Assembly (NCBI GenBank): GCA_963923945.1
Contig: OZ000551.1
Location: 1,752,413-1,816,412 of the forward strand
Direction: 5' to 3'
Source of the DNA: Alphaproteobacteria bacterium
GTDB lineage: Bacteria; Pseudomonadota; Alphaproteobacteria; G963923945
DNA length: 64,000 bases
Part shown: piece by piece, positions 31,007-41,695 of the stretch
How the letters are laid out: each line of letters opens with the position of its first letter
Position numbering within the stretch: position 1 is the stretch's first letter
Translations under genes and position numbers: made by a program
The notes under the pieces: generated by a model
Databases searched by the model: none
What the model was told of the DNA's origin: nothing
The model's input: only the letters and a program-made list of their open reading frames with translations

Positions 31007-32776
31007 TCAGGCTGTGGCGGCGTCTTTGATATGAAATTCGGCATTTTCGCGGCCATTCCAAAAATTTTTGTAGATGACTCCGGCGATATGGAGCGGTTTC
31101 CCGAGACTGGAAAGCAAAAAAGGCCCCAATCTGTTCTCATCCATGGCCCGAAAGGCCATCGCCTTGAGACGTGCGGTTCCCTGCCCGGTCACAATACAGT
31201 GTAGATGACCATGGCCAACCGGCCGGGCATCAACCAGCCGGGCAGCGTTCAGAGCAAAAACTGGCCGCGGATTGCCGATCCCGAATGGCGCGGCCCGCTC
31301 CAGAGCGGTGGCCAGATCCACGGTGACCGATTGGGGAGCCAAAACACCGTCAAGAGTCAAAATATGCGGTGCGTTGTCTATATGCTGGGCCGCCCGATCC
31401 CTCAAGAAGGCGGCAAAATCTTCAAGATGATGGCGATCAATGGTTGCCCCGGCGGCCTCACGATGCCCACCAGCCGATTGCGCAAGACCCGATTGTCGAG
31501 CCGCAATCACCGCCGCACCGATATCGAATCGGTTGGCCGAACGGCCAGAGCCGCGTAAAGTGTCACCAACCCCGGCAAAGACGAAACAAGGGCGATGGTA
31601 TTGTTCGGCCAGACGTCCAGCAACAATGCCAACAATGCCCGGATGCCAGTCGGTTCCAGAGACAATAAGAACGGCTTGATCGGTTTGGGTGGCGGCTTGG
31701 TGGCGGGCTTGGGTCAGAACGGTTTCTTGAGTCTGGCGGCGTTGGCTATTCAGATGGTCGAGTGCGGCCGCCAAATGATTGGCTTGGTCCGGGTCATCGG
31801 TGGTGAGCAGACGCACAGCAAGGCTGGAATCGCCAAGCCGTCCCCCGGCATTGATGCGCGGCCCCAAGCCGAAACCAAGGGCGGCGGCATCATAGTTCTC
31901 AATGGCTGCGTGGGTTGCCAAAGCGGCCAAGCCGGGGTTGCGGTTGGCCCGCATGACCTTGAGACCTTGAGCGACAAAGGTCCGGTTGAGGCCGGTCAGG
32001 GGCACCGCGTCACAGACGGTTCCCAAGGCAACCAGATCAAGCCAATTCATCACATCCGGTTGCGGAACCGCCTCGGTGAAAAAACCCCGCCGTCGTAAGA
32101 TGCGATTGACCGCCACCACAACCAGGAATGTGACCCCAACCGCGGCCAGATGGCTGAGGCGGCCATCTTCATCAAGCCGGTTGGGGTTGACCAAGGCGGT
32201 GGCTGGTGGTGGTGCCGGTTCGGCCTTGTGGTGATCAATCACAATCACCGGCACTTGTGATGATGCCAGGGCATCATGGGCGGTGGTCCCGCAATCAAGG
32301 GTGATGATGAGGGCGGCCCCGCGCCCAGCCAGATCAGCCAAAGCCCCCCGGTTGGGTCCATATCCTTCGGTCATCCGGTCCGGGACATGGAACAGAGTCG
32401 GGCATCCCAAGGCCTGGAGATAGCGGATCATCAAACCGGCCGCGGTTGCCCCATCGACATCGTAATCGGTCAACAGACCAATGGTGGCTTTCTTTTCAAC
32501 CTGATCAGCGATGATGGTGGCGGCGCTCTCCATATCGCATAAACCAAAGGGATCAGGCAGGCTGTTGCGCAGGCGCGGGGTGAGATAATCAGCCGCTTGA
32601 TCAAGGCCGATATGGCGCCCAACCAAGACCTGGGCCAGAAGTTCAGGAATGTTATGGCGTTGGCATAAGGCCAGAACGGCCCGCTCATCCTCCCGGCGCC
32701 CAATCCAGCACCGTCCGGTGGCCGAATCGCCAACCCCTAAAAGGGCGGTTTCCGGCATATCGGCGCATGGCATCAT
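31007..32776 (-). CDS. recJ: single-stranded-DNA-specific exonuclease RecJ
   Basis: DHH motifs (VIVIDHH), DHHA1 domain, 589 aa. Confidence 0.85.
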   Translation of the reverse strand: MMPCADMPETALLGVGDSATGRCWIGRREDERAVLALCQRHNIPELLAQVLVGRHIGLDQAADYLTPRLRNSLPDPFGLCDMESAATIIADQVEKKATIGLLTDYDVDGATAAGLMIRYLQALGCPTLFHVPDRMTEGYGPNRGALADLAGRGAALIITLDCGTTAHDALASSQVPVIVIDHHKAEPAPPPATALVNPNRLDEDGRLSHLAAVGVTFLVVVAVNRILRRRGFFTEAVPQPDVMNWLDLVALGTVCDAVPLTGLNRTFVAQGLKVMRANRNPGLAALATHAAIENYDAAALGFGLGPRINAGGRLGDSSLAVRLLTTDDPDQANHLAAALDHLNSQRRQTQETVLTQARHQAATQTDQAVLIVSGTDWHPGIVGIVAGRLAEQYHRPCFVFAGVGDTLRGSGRSANRFDIGAAVIAARQSGLAQSAGGHREAAGATIDRHHLEDFAAFLRDRAAQHIDNAPHILTLDGVLAPQSVTVDLATALERAAPFGIGNPRPVFALNAARLVDARPVGHGHLHCIVTGQGTARLKAMAFRAMDENRLGPFLLSSLGKPLHIAGVIYKNFWNGRENAEFHIKDAATA

Positions 32777-32825
32777 GGGTTTCGCTTTTGAGCGGTCAAA
32801 GGGGTGCTCTTGAGTTCAACTGAAC

Positions 32826-34067
32826 TCAACCGCTTTGGGGTCCATCAAGGGCCGCCTTCAATTCATGATCAACCGCATCAAGGAACTGCCGGGTGGTCAT
32901 CCAGTCCTGATTGGGGCCGATGAGCAGGGCCAGGTCTTTGGTCATATGGCCGTTTTCGACTGTCGATATGCAGGCTTTTTCCAGGGTCTGGGCGAACTGT
33001 TCAACCACTGGGGTGGCATCAAAGCGGGCCCGATAAGCCAAGGCCCTGGTCCAGGCAAAAATTGAGGCAATCGGGTTGGTTGAGGTTTCGCGTCCTTGTC
33101 GGTGATCATGAAAGTGACGGGTGACGGTGCCGTGCGCGGCTTCGGCTTCCACTGTTTTCCCATCCGGGGTGAGCAGAACCGACGTCATCAAGCCCAAAGA
33201 GCCAAAACCCTGGGCCAGCGAATCCGATTGCACATCGCCATCATAATTCTTACAGGCCCAGATGAAACCGCCATTCCATTTCAGAGCCGAGGCCACCATG
33301 TCATCAATCAAGCGATGCTGATAGAAAATGCCCGCTTTTTTGAAATGATCGGCAAATTCGGTTTGGTAGATTTCGGCAAATAAATCCTTAAACCGCCCGT
33401 CATAGGCTTTAAGAATGGTGTTTTTGGTGGAAAGAAACAGCGGCCAGCCCCGGTCCAAGGCATAGAGAAAGCAAGCCCGGGCAAAGCCACGAATCGACTC
33501 ATCCAAGTTATACATGGCCATCGCCACCCCGCCGGAAGGAAAATCATACACCTGATGGGTTTGCGGTCGGCCATCCTGGGGGGTGTAGGTCAAGGTGAGG
33601 GTGCCGGGTCCTGGGACAACGAAGTCGGTGGCTTTGTATTGATCCCCGAAAGCATGGCGGCCGATGACAATCGGTTGAGTCCAGCCCGGAACCATCCGCG
33701 GGACATTGCGGCAAACAATCGGTTCACGAAAAACCGTCCCACCGAGAATATTGCGAATGGTCCCGTTGGGGGACCGCCACATTTTTTTGAGATTAAACTC
33801 CTCAACCCGTTGTTCATCCGGAGTGATGGTCGCACATTTGACTCCAACCCCATGGGTGGCAATGGCTTTGGCGGCGTCAATCGTGACATGATCATCGGTG
33901 GCATCCCGATTTTCAATCCCCAGATCATAATAAATCAGATCAAGATCGAGATAGGGATGGATGAATTTTTCCTTGATCAACCGCCACATGACCCGAGTCA
34001 TCTCATCGCCATCAATCTCGACAATCGGGTTTTTCACGCTGATTTTATGGATTGAAGTCCGGGTCAT
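32826..34067 (-). CDS. icd: NADP-dependent isocitrate dehydrogenase, eukaryotic (IDH1/2-like) type; start taken at the internal Met (the track ORF extends to 34112)
   Basis: [28 protein letters not shown]... is the typical subfamily II IDH N-terminus; the upstream extension would overlap the LOG gene. Confidence 0.85.
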   Translation of the reverse strand: MTRTSIHKISVKNPIVEIDGDEMTRVMWRLIKEKFIHPYLDLDLIYYDLGIENRDATDDHVTIDAAKAIATHGVGVKCATITPDEQRVEEFNLKKMWRSPNGTIRNILGGTVFREPIVCRNVPRMVPGWTQPIVIGRHAFGDQYKATDFVVPGPGTLTLTYTPQDGRPQTHQVYDFPSGGVAMAMYNLDESIRGFARACFLYALDRGWPLFLSTKNTILKAYDGRFKDLFAEIYQTEFADHFKKAGIFYQHRLIDDMVASALKWNGGFIWACKNYDGDVQSDSLAQGFGSLGLMTSVLLTPDGKTVEAEAAHGTVTRHFHDHRQGRETSTNPIASIFAWTRALAYRARFDATPVVEQFAQTLEKACISTVENGHMTKDLALLIGPNQDWMTTRQFLDAVDHELKAALDGPQSG

Positions 34068-34075
34068 GGGTTCGT

Positions 34076-34657
34076 TTATTCCAAAGGTTTTTTGTTGGCG
34101 GGAGATGGACAAAGATGCTCAATATCCGTCACAACCGCGTCAATATCAGCGCTGATATGGACCAGCTGACCGGGATGCTGATAAAGAAATTCAGCCCGCT
34201 GAAAATGGTCAAGAAGGGCGGTCAAAGGCTGCCAAAACTGATCAATATTGGCAAGAATGATCGGTTTGTTATGACGCCCGAGGGATTTCCAGGTGATGAT
34301 TTCAATCAATTCATCAAGGGTCCCCAAGCCTCCCGGCAAGCCAATACAGACGTCAGCGCATTCATACATGCGTTTTTTGCGTTCATGCATGCTGTCGGTG
34401 AGGATCATGTCGTCAATGCCATCATGGGCCCATTCGCGCTGATTGAGAAATTTCGGCAAGATACCGGTAACCGATGATCCTTGGGCCAAAGCCGCATCAG
34501 CCAGCACCCCCATCAGACCGGTTCTACCACCCCCATAAACCAAGTGATACCCGGCTTGGGCAATGCGCTGACCCAGCGCGGCGGCGGCGGCTTTCCAGCG
34601 TTGATTATGCCCGGGTTGGGAGCCGCAAAAAACACAGATTGTCAAATCATCCGCCAT
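34076..34657 (-). CDS. LOG family cytokinin riboside 5'-monophosphate phosphoribohydrolase (TIGR00730)
   Basis: [10 protein letters not shown]...[15 protein letters not shown]...[16 protein letters not shown] motifs. Confidence 0.7.
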   Translation of the reverse strand: MADDLTICVFCGSQPGHNQRWKAAAAALGQRIAQAGYHLVYGGGRTGLMGVLADAALAQGSSVTGILPKFLNQREWAHDGIDDMILTDSMHERKKRMYECADVCIGLPGGLGTLDELIEIITWKSLGRHNKPIILANIDQFWQPLTALLDHFQRAEFLYQHPGQLVHISADIDAVVTDIEHLCPSPANKKPLE

Positions 34658-34857
34658 GCTGTTTGATAAAGAAGTCTGTAATTGAAAACCCTATGATACC
34701 AATCATTCTTGACCGCCACCATCTGTAAGGTGGTTCTGATGAGGTTCTTTTGGCTTGTACATATTTGGTTGATGGGTCACGATACCGCATAATTTATATC
34801 GCATCATTATGAGATTTCTTTTAAGCTAAAATGCGAAAAACGTCAGGATACAAAATA

Positions 34858-34947
34858 TCGGGACGAAAAGTATCAGGACGAAAAGTATCAGGACGAAAAG
34901 TATCAGGACAAAAAGCATCAGGACAAAAAGCATCAGGACAAAAAGTA
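34858..34947 (+). repeat. 6 tandem copies of a 15-bp unit (tcaggacRaaaagYa), with degenerate copies either side (34843-34962)
   Basis: tcgggacgaaaagta tcaggacgaaaagta tcaggacgaaaagta tcaggacaaaaagca tcaggacaaaaagca tcaggacaaaaagta, ending 17 nt before the LysM-protein ATG at 34964. Confidence 0.9.
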
Positions 34948-34963
34948 TCAAAAAGGTGGCGGT

Positions 34964-36055
34964 ATGACCCGTAACATTGGGATAGGGATTGTTTCACTTC
35001 TGTTTGTGGTTGGCCTGGCTGTGTGGATGCTCGGCAGTGACCCCGAAGATGGCGACCAGGAAAGCGTCAGTCAGAACAATACCGACCAAAAAGATCAGGA
35101 AACGGGGCGGGACCATTCTGGAACCGCTGCCGATGCGGCGATCCAAGAACCCTCAGCTGATTCCGTTGAATCGGCGGCTTCTGAGCCTTCTCAAGATTCG
35201 CCTCCTCAATATTCGATTGCTATGCAGCCACGTTTTGATGTGGTACGTGTGGCTCCAGATGGGGCGGCGGTTTTGGCTGGTCGTGCGCCTCCGGGTACGG
35301 TGGTGCATATCTATAACGGTTCGGATTCCATTGGTCGGGTGGAAGCAGACAAACGGGGTGAATGGGTCTGGATTCCGCAGCGTCCCTTCCCTCCCGGCCA
35401 GCTGGAATTGACATTGCGTTCCTATGGGCCGGGATCAGATGATTTTATCGAATCGTCTGAGGTTGTTTTGATGGTTCTCCCGGAAAGAAAACCGGGAACC
35501 GACCAGGCAGCTTTGATCGTTAAAGTGGATCGAGATGGCGATGCCCCCAGCCAGTTGATTCAACTCCCTTCAGGGCAATCGGCGGCGGTTGATCTGGCTC
35601 TTGATACCGTTGATTACGGAGAAGACGGGGCTTTACGCTTATCTGGACGGGCCGTTCCCGGGTCCCGTCTGCGGCTTCAGCTTGATGGGGTGATGTTGGG
35701 TCAAGTCACTGTTGGCGATGATTCGCGCTGGACTCTTTCCCCTGATCGCACTGTTACAGCTGGTGATTATCTCCTACGGATTGAGCGGCTGGATGAAAAA
35801 AACCGCGTGATGAGTAGTCTTGAATTGCCCTTCCATCGGGCTTCTCGGGAACAAATCGCTCAAGTCGCTGATGATCCGGGGAATTGGGTGGTTCAGCCGG
35901 GAAATAGCCTCTGGCGGATTGCCCGACATCTTTATGGAAAAGGAGTCCATTTCACGGTTATTTATGAGGCCAACCGTTCCAAAATCAGTCATCCGGACCT
36001 TATTTATCCAGGTCAGATTTTCACAACCCCATCCGGGGACAATAGGCAACCCTAA
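34964..36055 (+). CDS. LysM-domain peptidoglycan-binding protein
   Basis: N-terminal TM, acidic Ser/Asp-rich linker, C-terminal LysM (VVQPGNSLWRIARHLYGKGVHFTVIYEANRSKISHPDLIYPGQIF). Confidence 0.7.
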   Translation: MTRNIGIGIVSLLFVVGLAVWMLGSDPEDGDQESVSQNNTDQKDQETGRDHSGTAADAAIQEPSADSVESAASEPSQDSPPQYSIAMQPRFDVVRVAPDGAAVLAGRAPPGTVVHIYNGSDSIGRVEADKRGEWVWIPQRPFPPGQLELTLRSYGPGSDDFIESSEVVLMVLPERKPGTDQAALIVKVDRDGDAPSQLIQLPSGQSAAVDLALDTVDYGEDGALRLSGRAVPGSRLRLQLDGVMLGQVTVGDDSRWTLSPDRTVTAGDYLLRIERLDEKNRVMSSLELPFHRASREQIAQVADDPGNWVVQPGNSLWRIARHLYGKGVHFTVIYEANRSKISHPDLIYPGQIFTTPSGDNRQP

Positions 36056-36076
36056 CCCCAAATATCGCGGCGGCGC

Positions 36077-36634
36077 TCATTCCGGTCGTATGTTGGTTGG
36101 TTTCTGGTTCACCAGCCCGGGCAGAAAGTCGAGATATTCTCGAAATAAAGAAAGATGCGGCCGACAATCAATCAGCAAGCGTAACAAAGCGGTGATGATG
36201 GACTGGCTTTGGGTTCCCTTAAACGGCATGCCACCGGCAACAATGACATGATTTTTTTTCCGAATCTGCAAACGGCAGTGACGCATGAGTCTTTCCTGCC
36301 GAATCACAGTGAATAAACAGCGGCGCAGTACCGGTGATTGTGCGGAATAAGGCACTGCCCCCAAATCCCCAGTGATGCGGAGAAAGCCACCATGAGTCTG
36401 GAGATCGGCCCGGCCCGCGAAAATAAAACCCATGGCCATGAAATGAAATCGTAAAGGGCCTGCCTTAATCTCGAGGAGTTTCTCTTCGCTCACTTTGAAT
36501 AAAGCACGGGCTGGGATGCCTTCGCTTTCCAAGAGCTCAGAAAGCATCGCAACCGTCTTGTTGAGAGATGGTTTCTGAACAGGTTTCTGAGGGCTTTCTA
36601 GGTTCGACATGGTCACTGAAATGGGGTCACTCAA
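36077..36634 (-). CDS. hypothetical protein
   Basis: 185-aa ORF with no confidently recognised motif. Confidence 0.3.
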   Translation of the reverse strand: MSDPISVTMSNLESPQKPVQKPSLNKTVAMLSELLESEGIPARALFKVSEEKLLEIKAGPLRFHFMAMGFIFAGRADLQTHGGFLRITGDLGAVPYSAQSPVLRRCLFTVIRQERLMRHCRLQIRKKNHVIVAGGMPFKGTQSQSIITALLRLLIDCRPHLSLFREYLDFLPGLVNQKPTNIRPE

Positions 36635-36974
36635 CTAAGGGCAATACAACAAAAAAATAACGAAATGAATACATGGCATATTACCCAACACATTAAAGAG
36701 CAATAATTTTAACCTTTTTATGGCCAGTATTGACAACCAATTTTTATCGTCAACTTTATGATCGCTTTTTGGCAAAAACCAATTTTTCATAATCAATATT
36801 CAATGCATCATCGGCATTGTTTATCTCTAGACAGGTGATATTCCTGCTCTATCATAGAAGGATATATGTTCTTGGTGGCCATCCTTGGATTGGGTAATGG
36901 ATAAATATTTTTGTTATCATTTTGGCATGATTTTCAGCATTGGCCTCTGTCATCGCACATCTTGACCACATATT

Positions 36975-37763
36975 GTGACCAAACGTCCTGATCATTTCTC
37001 TCTGCCCAGAGCGATTCCGGCAATCCATGCGGCTGGCTGGCCGTTTGTGGTGATTTTTGCCGTGGTATCGGTTGCTCTGGGATTGTGGTTTGAGCCATTT
37101 TTTTATATCGGCCTCATTCTCACGTTATGGTGTGCGGCTTTTTTCCGTGATCCAGAACGGGTATCACCAAAGGGGGAGGGCTTGGTCCTTAGTCCAGCCG
37201 ATGGGGTGATTTTGCCATTGGTGGACACGCCCTCACCGATCGATGATCACGATGGTCCTATGCGCCGGATCAGCGTGTTTATGAATGTCTTTGATGTTCA
37301 TGTGAATCGGGTTCCTTGTGACGGCCGGATTGAGGAATTGGTGTATCGGCCGGGGGCTTATGTGAACGCATCCCTTGATAAATCGAGCCAAGATAATGAA
37401 CGAATGCTTATCCGTATGATAACCAAGAATGGCCGTACGGTGATTTTTGCTCAGATTGCCGGTTTGATTGCGCGGCGTATCTTGTGCCACCTTGAGCATC
37501 AGCAAAATGTGCGCGCTGGTGAGCGTTTTGGGATGATTCGTTTTGGCAGCCGGGTTGATATTTATGTGCCAGCAGATGCCCAGATCCAGGTCCAACCCGG
37601 CCAAAGGGCGGTTGCTGGTGAGACGGTTCTGGCTGTGATGACACCACCTGCGCGCCGTATTGCTACCGGCAGCCGCGCCAAGAATAAAATCGAGAATAAA
37701 AAAGCACCTTCTGCCAAAAAGCGCATCTCGAGGAAAAAATCCCCAACCAAGAGTTCGCAATGA
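36975..37763 (+). CDS. psd: phosphatidylserine decarboxylase proenzyme (short form) with a Lys-rich C-terminal tail
   Basis: FGMIRFGSRVDIYVP (the G-S self-cleavage region); followed and overlapped by pssA. Confidence 0.8.
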   Translation: MTKRPDHFSLPRAIPAIHAAGWPFVVIFAVVSVALGLWFEPFFYIGLILTLWCAAFFRDPERVSPKGEGLVLSPADGVILPLVDTPSPIDDHDGPMRRISVFMNVFDVHVNRVPCDGRIEELVYRPGAYVNASLDKSSQDNERMLIRMITKNGRTVIFAQIAGLIARRILCHLEHQQNVRAGERFGMIRFGSRVDIYVPADAQIQVQPGQRAVAGETVLAVMTPPARRIATGSRAKNKIENKKAPSAKKRISRKKSPTKSSQ

Positions 37764-38542
37764 AACCGATACGATCTATCAGCCATGCGCGCGGTCTTAA
37801 AGTCCGGTCTTTGAGTCGGATTTTGCCCAATATGGTTACATTATTGGCTTTATGCGCTGGATTAAGCAGCATTCGGTTTGCTTTGATGGATAACTTTTCT
37901 TGGGCGGCCGCCGCGATTGTATTGGCGGCTTTATTGGATAATCTTGATGGCCGGGTTGCCCGTTTGTTGTCTGGGGATAGCCGCTTTGGGGTTGAGCTTG
38001 ACTCTTTGAGTGATTTTGTCAGCTTTGGGGTGGCGCCGGTCTTGGTTCTTTATCTGTGGTCTTGGGACGGGCGGACCGAATGGGCCTGGGCCTTGGTCAC
38101 ATTTTATGTGATTTGTGCTTCTTTACGTTTGGCTCGCTTCAATACCCGGACCCAGGAAGATATCCCGGCTTGGCCACGGACATATTTTATGGGTTTATCC
38201 TCTCCGGCGGCGGCTGGTGTGGTTCTTTTGCCTTTGATGATTGATATCGAATTTAGTCTGGCTCTTTCAGAGTTCCCAGTCATCTCGGGTGCGGCCGCAT
38301 TGTTTGCGGCAATCATGATGATCACCCGCGTGCCGACATATTCTCTCAAGGGGATTAAAGTGCCGCCAAAAATGGTCTTGCTGATTTTTTTGGTGATGAG
38401 TCTTTTCGCCGTAATGTTGGTTACCCAATTTTGGCTAGCGATGATGCTGCTGGTTATCTCTTATATTATCAGCATTCCGGTAGCGGTTTGGTCCCAGCAT
38501 CGTTTGAGCCGGGTTTTTCCATCTGCTGACCATCAAGACTGA
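37760..38542 (+). CDS. pssA: CDP-diacylglycerol--serine O-phosphatidyltransferase
   Basis: CDP-alcohol phosphatidyltransferase motif DNLDGRVARLLSGDSRFGVELDSLSD. Confidence 0.85.
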   Translation: MKPIRSISHARGLKVRSLSRILPNMVTLLALCAGLSSIRFALMDNFSWAAAAIVLAALLDNLDGRVARLLSGDSRFGVELDSLSDFVSFGVAPVLVLYLWSWDGRTEWAWALVTFYVICASLRLARFNTRTQEDIPAWPRTYFMGLSSPAAAGVVLLPLMIDIEFSLALSEFPVISGAAALFAAIMMITRVPTYSLKGIKVPPKMVLLIFLVMSLFAVMLVTQFWLAMMLLVISYIISIPVAVWSQHRLSRVFPSADHQD

Positions 38543-38576
38543 TCTCTAAGACCGGCCATCAATCCGGAGGGTTAAT

Positions 38577-41500
38577 TTAGGTTCTCGGTGGTTTGATTTT
38601 ACGCCAACTGAAATGTTCTCTTAGCTTGAGCGCGCAAGGTGTGACCACCAAAGTGAGAACAGTCGAAAACAGCAAGCCAAAAACGATGGCGGTGGCCAAT
38701 TGTGTCCACCATTGGGCCGATGGGGCACCCACTGTTACTTCACGGGTCCAAAAATCGATATTCACCTGGGTCACCATAGGCAACAGGCCGAAGGTGCTGG
38801 TTATGGTTGTGAGCAAAACTGGCCGCAATCTTTGGGCGCCGGTCCGGATGATGGCATCAAGAAAATCATTACTTGTTGCTTTCAGGCGGTCAAAAGTATC
38901 AATCAGGATAATATTATTATTCACCACAATACCGGCCAGAGCGATGATCCCAATGCCACACATGACAATGCCGAAAGGTTGACCAGTTAACAACAGACCG
39001 ATCATAACCCCGGTGGTCGACATGATGACCGCCGAAAGGATTAAAAAGGCACTATAAAAACTGTTAAACTGGGTAACCAGGATGATCATGATCAGAAACA
39101 AGGCGACTATGAAAGCCTTGCCGAGGAAGTCCTTGGCCTCATTTTGCTCCTCATCTTCCCCTTTGAATTTTATGTTGACCTCTGGTGGTATGGGTTGCTC
39201 AGCCAACCAAGACTTGATTTCGGCAACCTGATTATCGGCTAAAACACCCTCAACAACGTCAGCTTGTATGGTGATGCTGCGCCGTCCATCGGTGCGGCGC
39301 AGGGCGCTCACTTTGGGTTGAGCGACTCGCTCAACAAAGTTAGAAATCGGCACTGAACCGGCGGTTGTTTCCACACGGATTCGATCCAATGAGTCCAAGT
39401 TACGGAAAGACTTTGGAAAACGGGCAACGATATCCACCTCATCATCATGGTCTTCGGGTCGATAATCATTGAATTTGAGGCCATGCGTAGCCAGCTTAAT
39501 CGAATCACCGATGAGCCGGTTATCAGCGCTAAATTTCGCCGCTTGCGCACGGTCAATATCAATCTGCCACTCAATACCCGGTGAGTCCAAACCGTCTTCC
39601 AGATTGATCAATTCCGGCATTGAGGTTAATTTTTCATGAATACGCTTGGCGGTTGTTTTGATCTTCTCAACCGCGCGTGAGGAGATCTGAATTTGGATGG
39701 CTTTGCCGACCGGCGGTCCGGCTTTTTCTTTACGGATATCAATGATGATTCCAGGGATATCTTTCACCCGCTGTGCAACATCGGCCAGAATCAGGCTGGC
39801 TGGGCGGCGACGGCGCCAATCAATCAATTCAAGCTGGATAACCCCGATCAAACTCTCGGGTTCTTCTTGTTGGGTGCGGCCGATATTGGTCCGGGCATAG
39901 ACTGTGCGCATTTCCGGCATTGTAAGGATGTGCTCTTCAACTTGGCGTGTGAGTGTATCGGCCTCATAGGCCGATAAATTCCCCTGGGCCCGGATTTGAA
40001 CCAGTGCGCGCTCGGGCTCAACATCAGGAAAAAAATTCACTCCCTGTCCGGCAACACCATAGATGATCTGAACCGCGACCAAGCAGAGAGCAGCCCCACC
40101 CAAAACCAATGCCGGGCGCTCCAAGGCACGACGTAACAGCGTGACATACCAGCCGGTGAAGCCGCTTAGTTGAGCAAGATCACCGCTTTCCAAAATCTGA
40201 GCGGTCTCGGCCTTATTATTCAAGCCAGGCTTGCCAATCCAGGCGCCAATAACCGGAATGAAGAGCAACGCCATCGCCAGCGAAGCACTCAAGGTGGCCA
40301 TCAAAGTCAGCGGCAGGTAACGCATAAATTCGCCAACCGTTCCGGGCCAAAACAACAAAGGCAAAAAGGCGGCCAGCGTGGTGAGGGTTGAGGCGATAAT
40401 CGGCCAGCCCATCTTTTTTGAGGCTTCGCGATAAGCGGTTGTGCGATCTTTTCCTTCCATCATTTTGCGATCAGCATACTCAGCGACAACGATGGCCCCA
40501 TCAATCAAGATGCCCACGGCTAAAATCAGGCTGAACAAAACCACAATATTGATGGTCAGCCCCATGACCTCTAAAACCAAAATACCGGTCAAGAAAGAGC
40601 CAGGAATTGCAAGACTCACCAGAAACGCCGAACGTATCCCTAAAATCGCCACAATCAAAACCACCACCAGCACAACCGCCAACAGGACACTGTTTTGTAG
40701 ATCATTAAGCATCCGCTTGATATCAAGGGATTTATCCTGGGTATAGGCCACTTCGATCATCGGCGGCCAGCCTGATTGCTCTTCTTTGACCGCCAATCGC
40801 ACCTGATCAATGGTTTCGATGATATTGCTGCCGGTGCGTTTGGAGACCTCAATCGCGATGGCTGGTTGTCCGCCGATTCGGGCAAACCCTTGGGCATCTT
40901 TGAAGCCTTTGCGGATTGTTGCGACATCACCGAGTGTGACCACAGCATCACCCATAGAGCTGATGGGTAGAGAGAGAATATCGGGCAGAGACTCGAAAAG
41001 ACTGGGAACCTTGATTGTGAAACGGCCAAGACCAGAATCCATCGCACCGGCCGCCACCAATGTATTGCTGGCGCGAATGGCTTGTATGACTTGGGAATTG
41101 GCCAAGCCAAAGCTTTCGACCGCTGAGGGATCAATAATAATTTCAACTTGTTCCTCACGATCACCGGCAATTTCTGCTTTCAGAACGCTGGAGATATTCT
41201 CGATCCGATCTTTCAAACGGCGGGCCAGCTTGATCAAGCTGCGCTCAGGTACCGGCCCGGATATGGTTACCACCAGGATCGGGAAGAGGCTGAGATTGAT
41301 TTCTCGGACCCGTGGTTCATCGGCATCAGCGGGCAATTCATTTTTGGCACTATCCACCTTGGCTCTGACATCGGCCAGAGCGGTTTCAGGATCAAAACCA
41401 GCATCAAATTCAAGGATAATCGACGCACCGCTCTGATAAGCATTGGACCGTATTTCATCAACCCCGGCGATGGTTTTCAGCTCCTGTTCCATCGGCCGTA

Positions 41501-41693
41501 CAAGCATGCGTTCGGCATCTTTGGGCGAGATGCCCTCATGATGGATGGAAACATAAATGGTTGGAATATCAATATCCGGCTCTGCTTCTTTGGGGATGGT
41601 CTGATAGACCGATGCCCCGCTGATCAACAGAAAAATCAAAATCAGGATAACCGTTCGCGACCGATTCATCGCCGCATTGATGAGGCCAGACAC
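38577..41693 (-). CDS. RND multidrug efflux permease (AcrB/HAE1 family); start set near GTG/Met at MNRSRTVILIL... (the track ORF extends to 41810)
   Basis: 12-TM RND architecture; the extended ORF would overlap the upstream MFP gene by more than 100 nt. Confidence 0.85.
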   Translation of the reverse strand: MSGLINAAMNRSRTVILILIFLLISGASVYQTIPKEAEPDIDIPTIYVSIHHEGISPKDAERMLVRPMEQELKTIAGVDEIRSNAYQSGASIILEFDAGFDPETALADVRAKVDSAKNELPADADEPRVREINLSLFPILVVTISGPVPERSLIKLARRLKDRIENISSVLKAEIAGDREEQVEIIIDPSAVESFGLANSQVIQAIRASNTLVAAGAMDSGLGRFTIKVPSLFESLPDILSLPISSMGDAVVTLGDVATIRKGFKDAQGFARIGGQPAIAIEVSKRTGSNIIETIDQVRLAVKEEQSGWPPMIEVAYTQDKSLDIKRMLNDLQNSVLLAVVLVVVLIVAILGIRSAFLVSLAIPGSFLTGILVLEVMGLTINIVVLFSLILAVGILIDGAIVVAEYADRKMMEGKDRTTAYREASKKMGWPIIASTLTTLAAFLPLLFWPGTVGEFMRYLPLTLMATLSASLAMALLFIPVIGAWIGKPGLNNKAETAQILESGDLAQLSGFTGWYVTLLRRALERPALVLGGAALCLVAVQIIYGVAGQGVNFFPDVEPERALVQIRAQGNLSAYEADTLTRQVEEHILTMPEMRTVYARTNIGRTQQEEPESLIGVIQLELIDWRRRRPASLILADVAQRVKDIPGIIIDIRKEKAGPPVGKAIQIQISSRAVEKIKTTAKRIHEKLTSMPELINLEDGLDSPGIEWQIDIDRAQAAKFSADNRLIGDSIKLATHGLKFNDYRPEDHDDEVDIVARFPKSFRNLDSLDRIRVETTAGSVPISNFVERVAQPKVSALRRTDGRRSITIQADVVEGVLADNQVAEIKSWLAEQPIPPEVNIKFKGEDEEQNEAKDFLGKAFIVALFLIMIILVTQFNSFYSAFLILSAVIMSTTGVMIGLLLTGQPFGIVMCGIGIIALAGIVVNNNIILIDTFDRLKATSNDFLDAIIRTGAQRLRPVLLTTITSTFGLLPMVTQVNIDFWTREVTVGAPSAQWWTQLATAIVFGLLFSTVLTLVVTPCALKLREHFSWRKIKPPRT

Positions 41694-41695
41694 AT

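Noticed and set aside
37660-37912. Lys/Ala-rich tails on Psd (C-terminus) and ribosomal protein L21 (57700-57912) as possible separate genes or frameshifts
   Set aside because: They are in-frame continuations of the conserved domains. Basic low-complexity C-terminal extensions of L21 are common in alphaproteobacteria, and the psd tail simply overlaps the pssA start by 4 nt.
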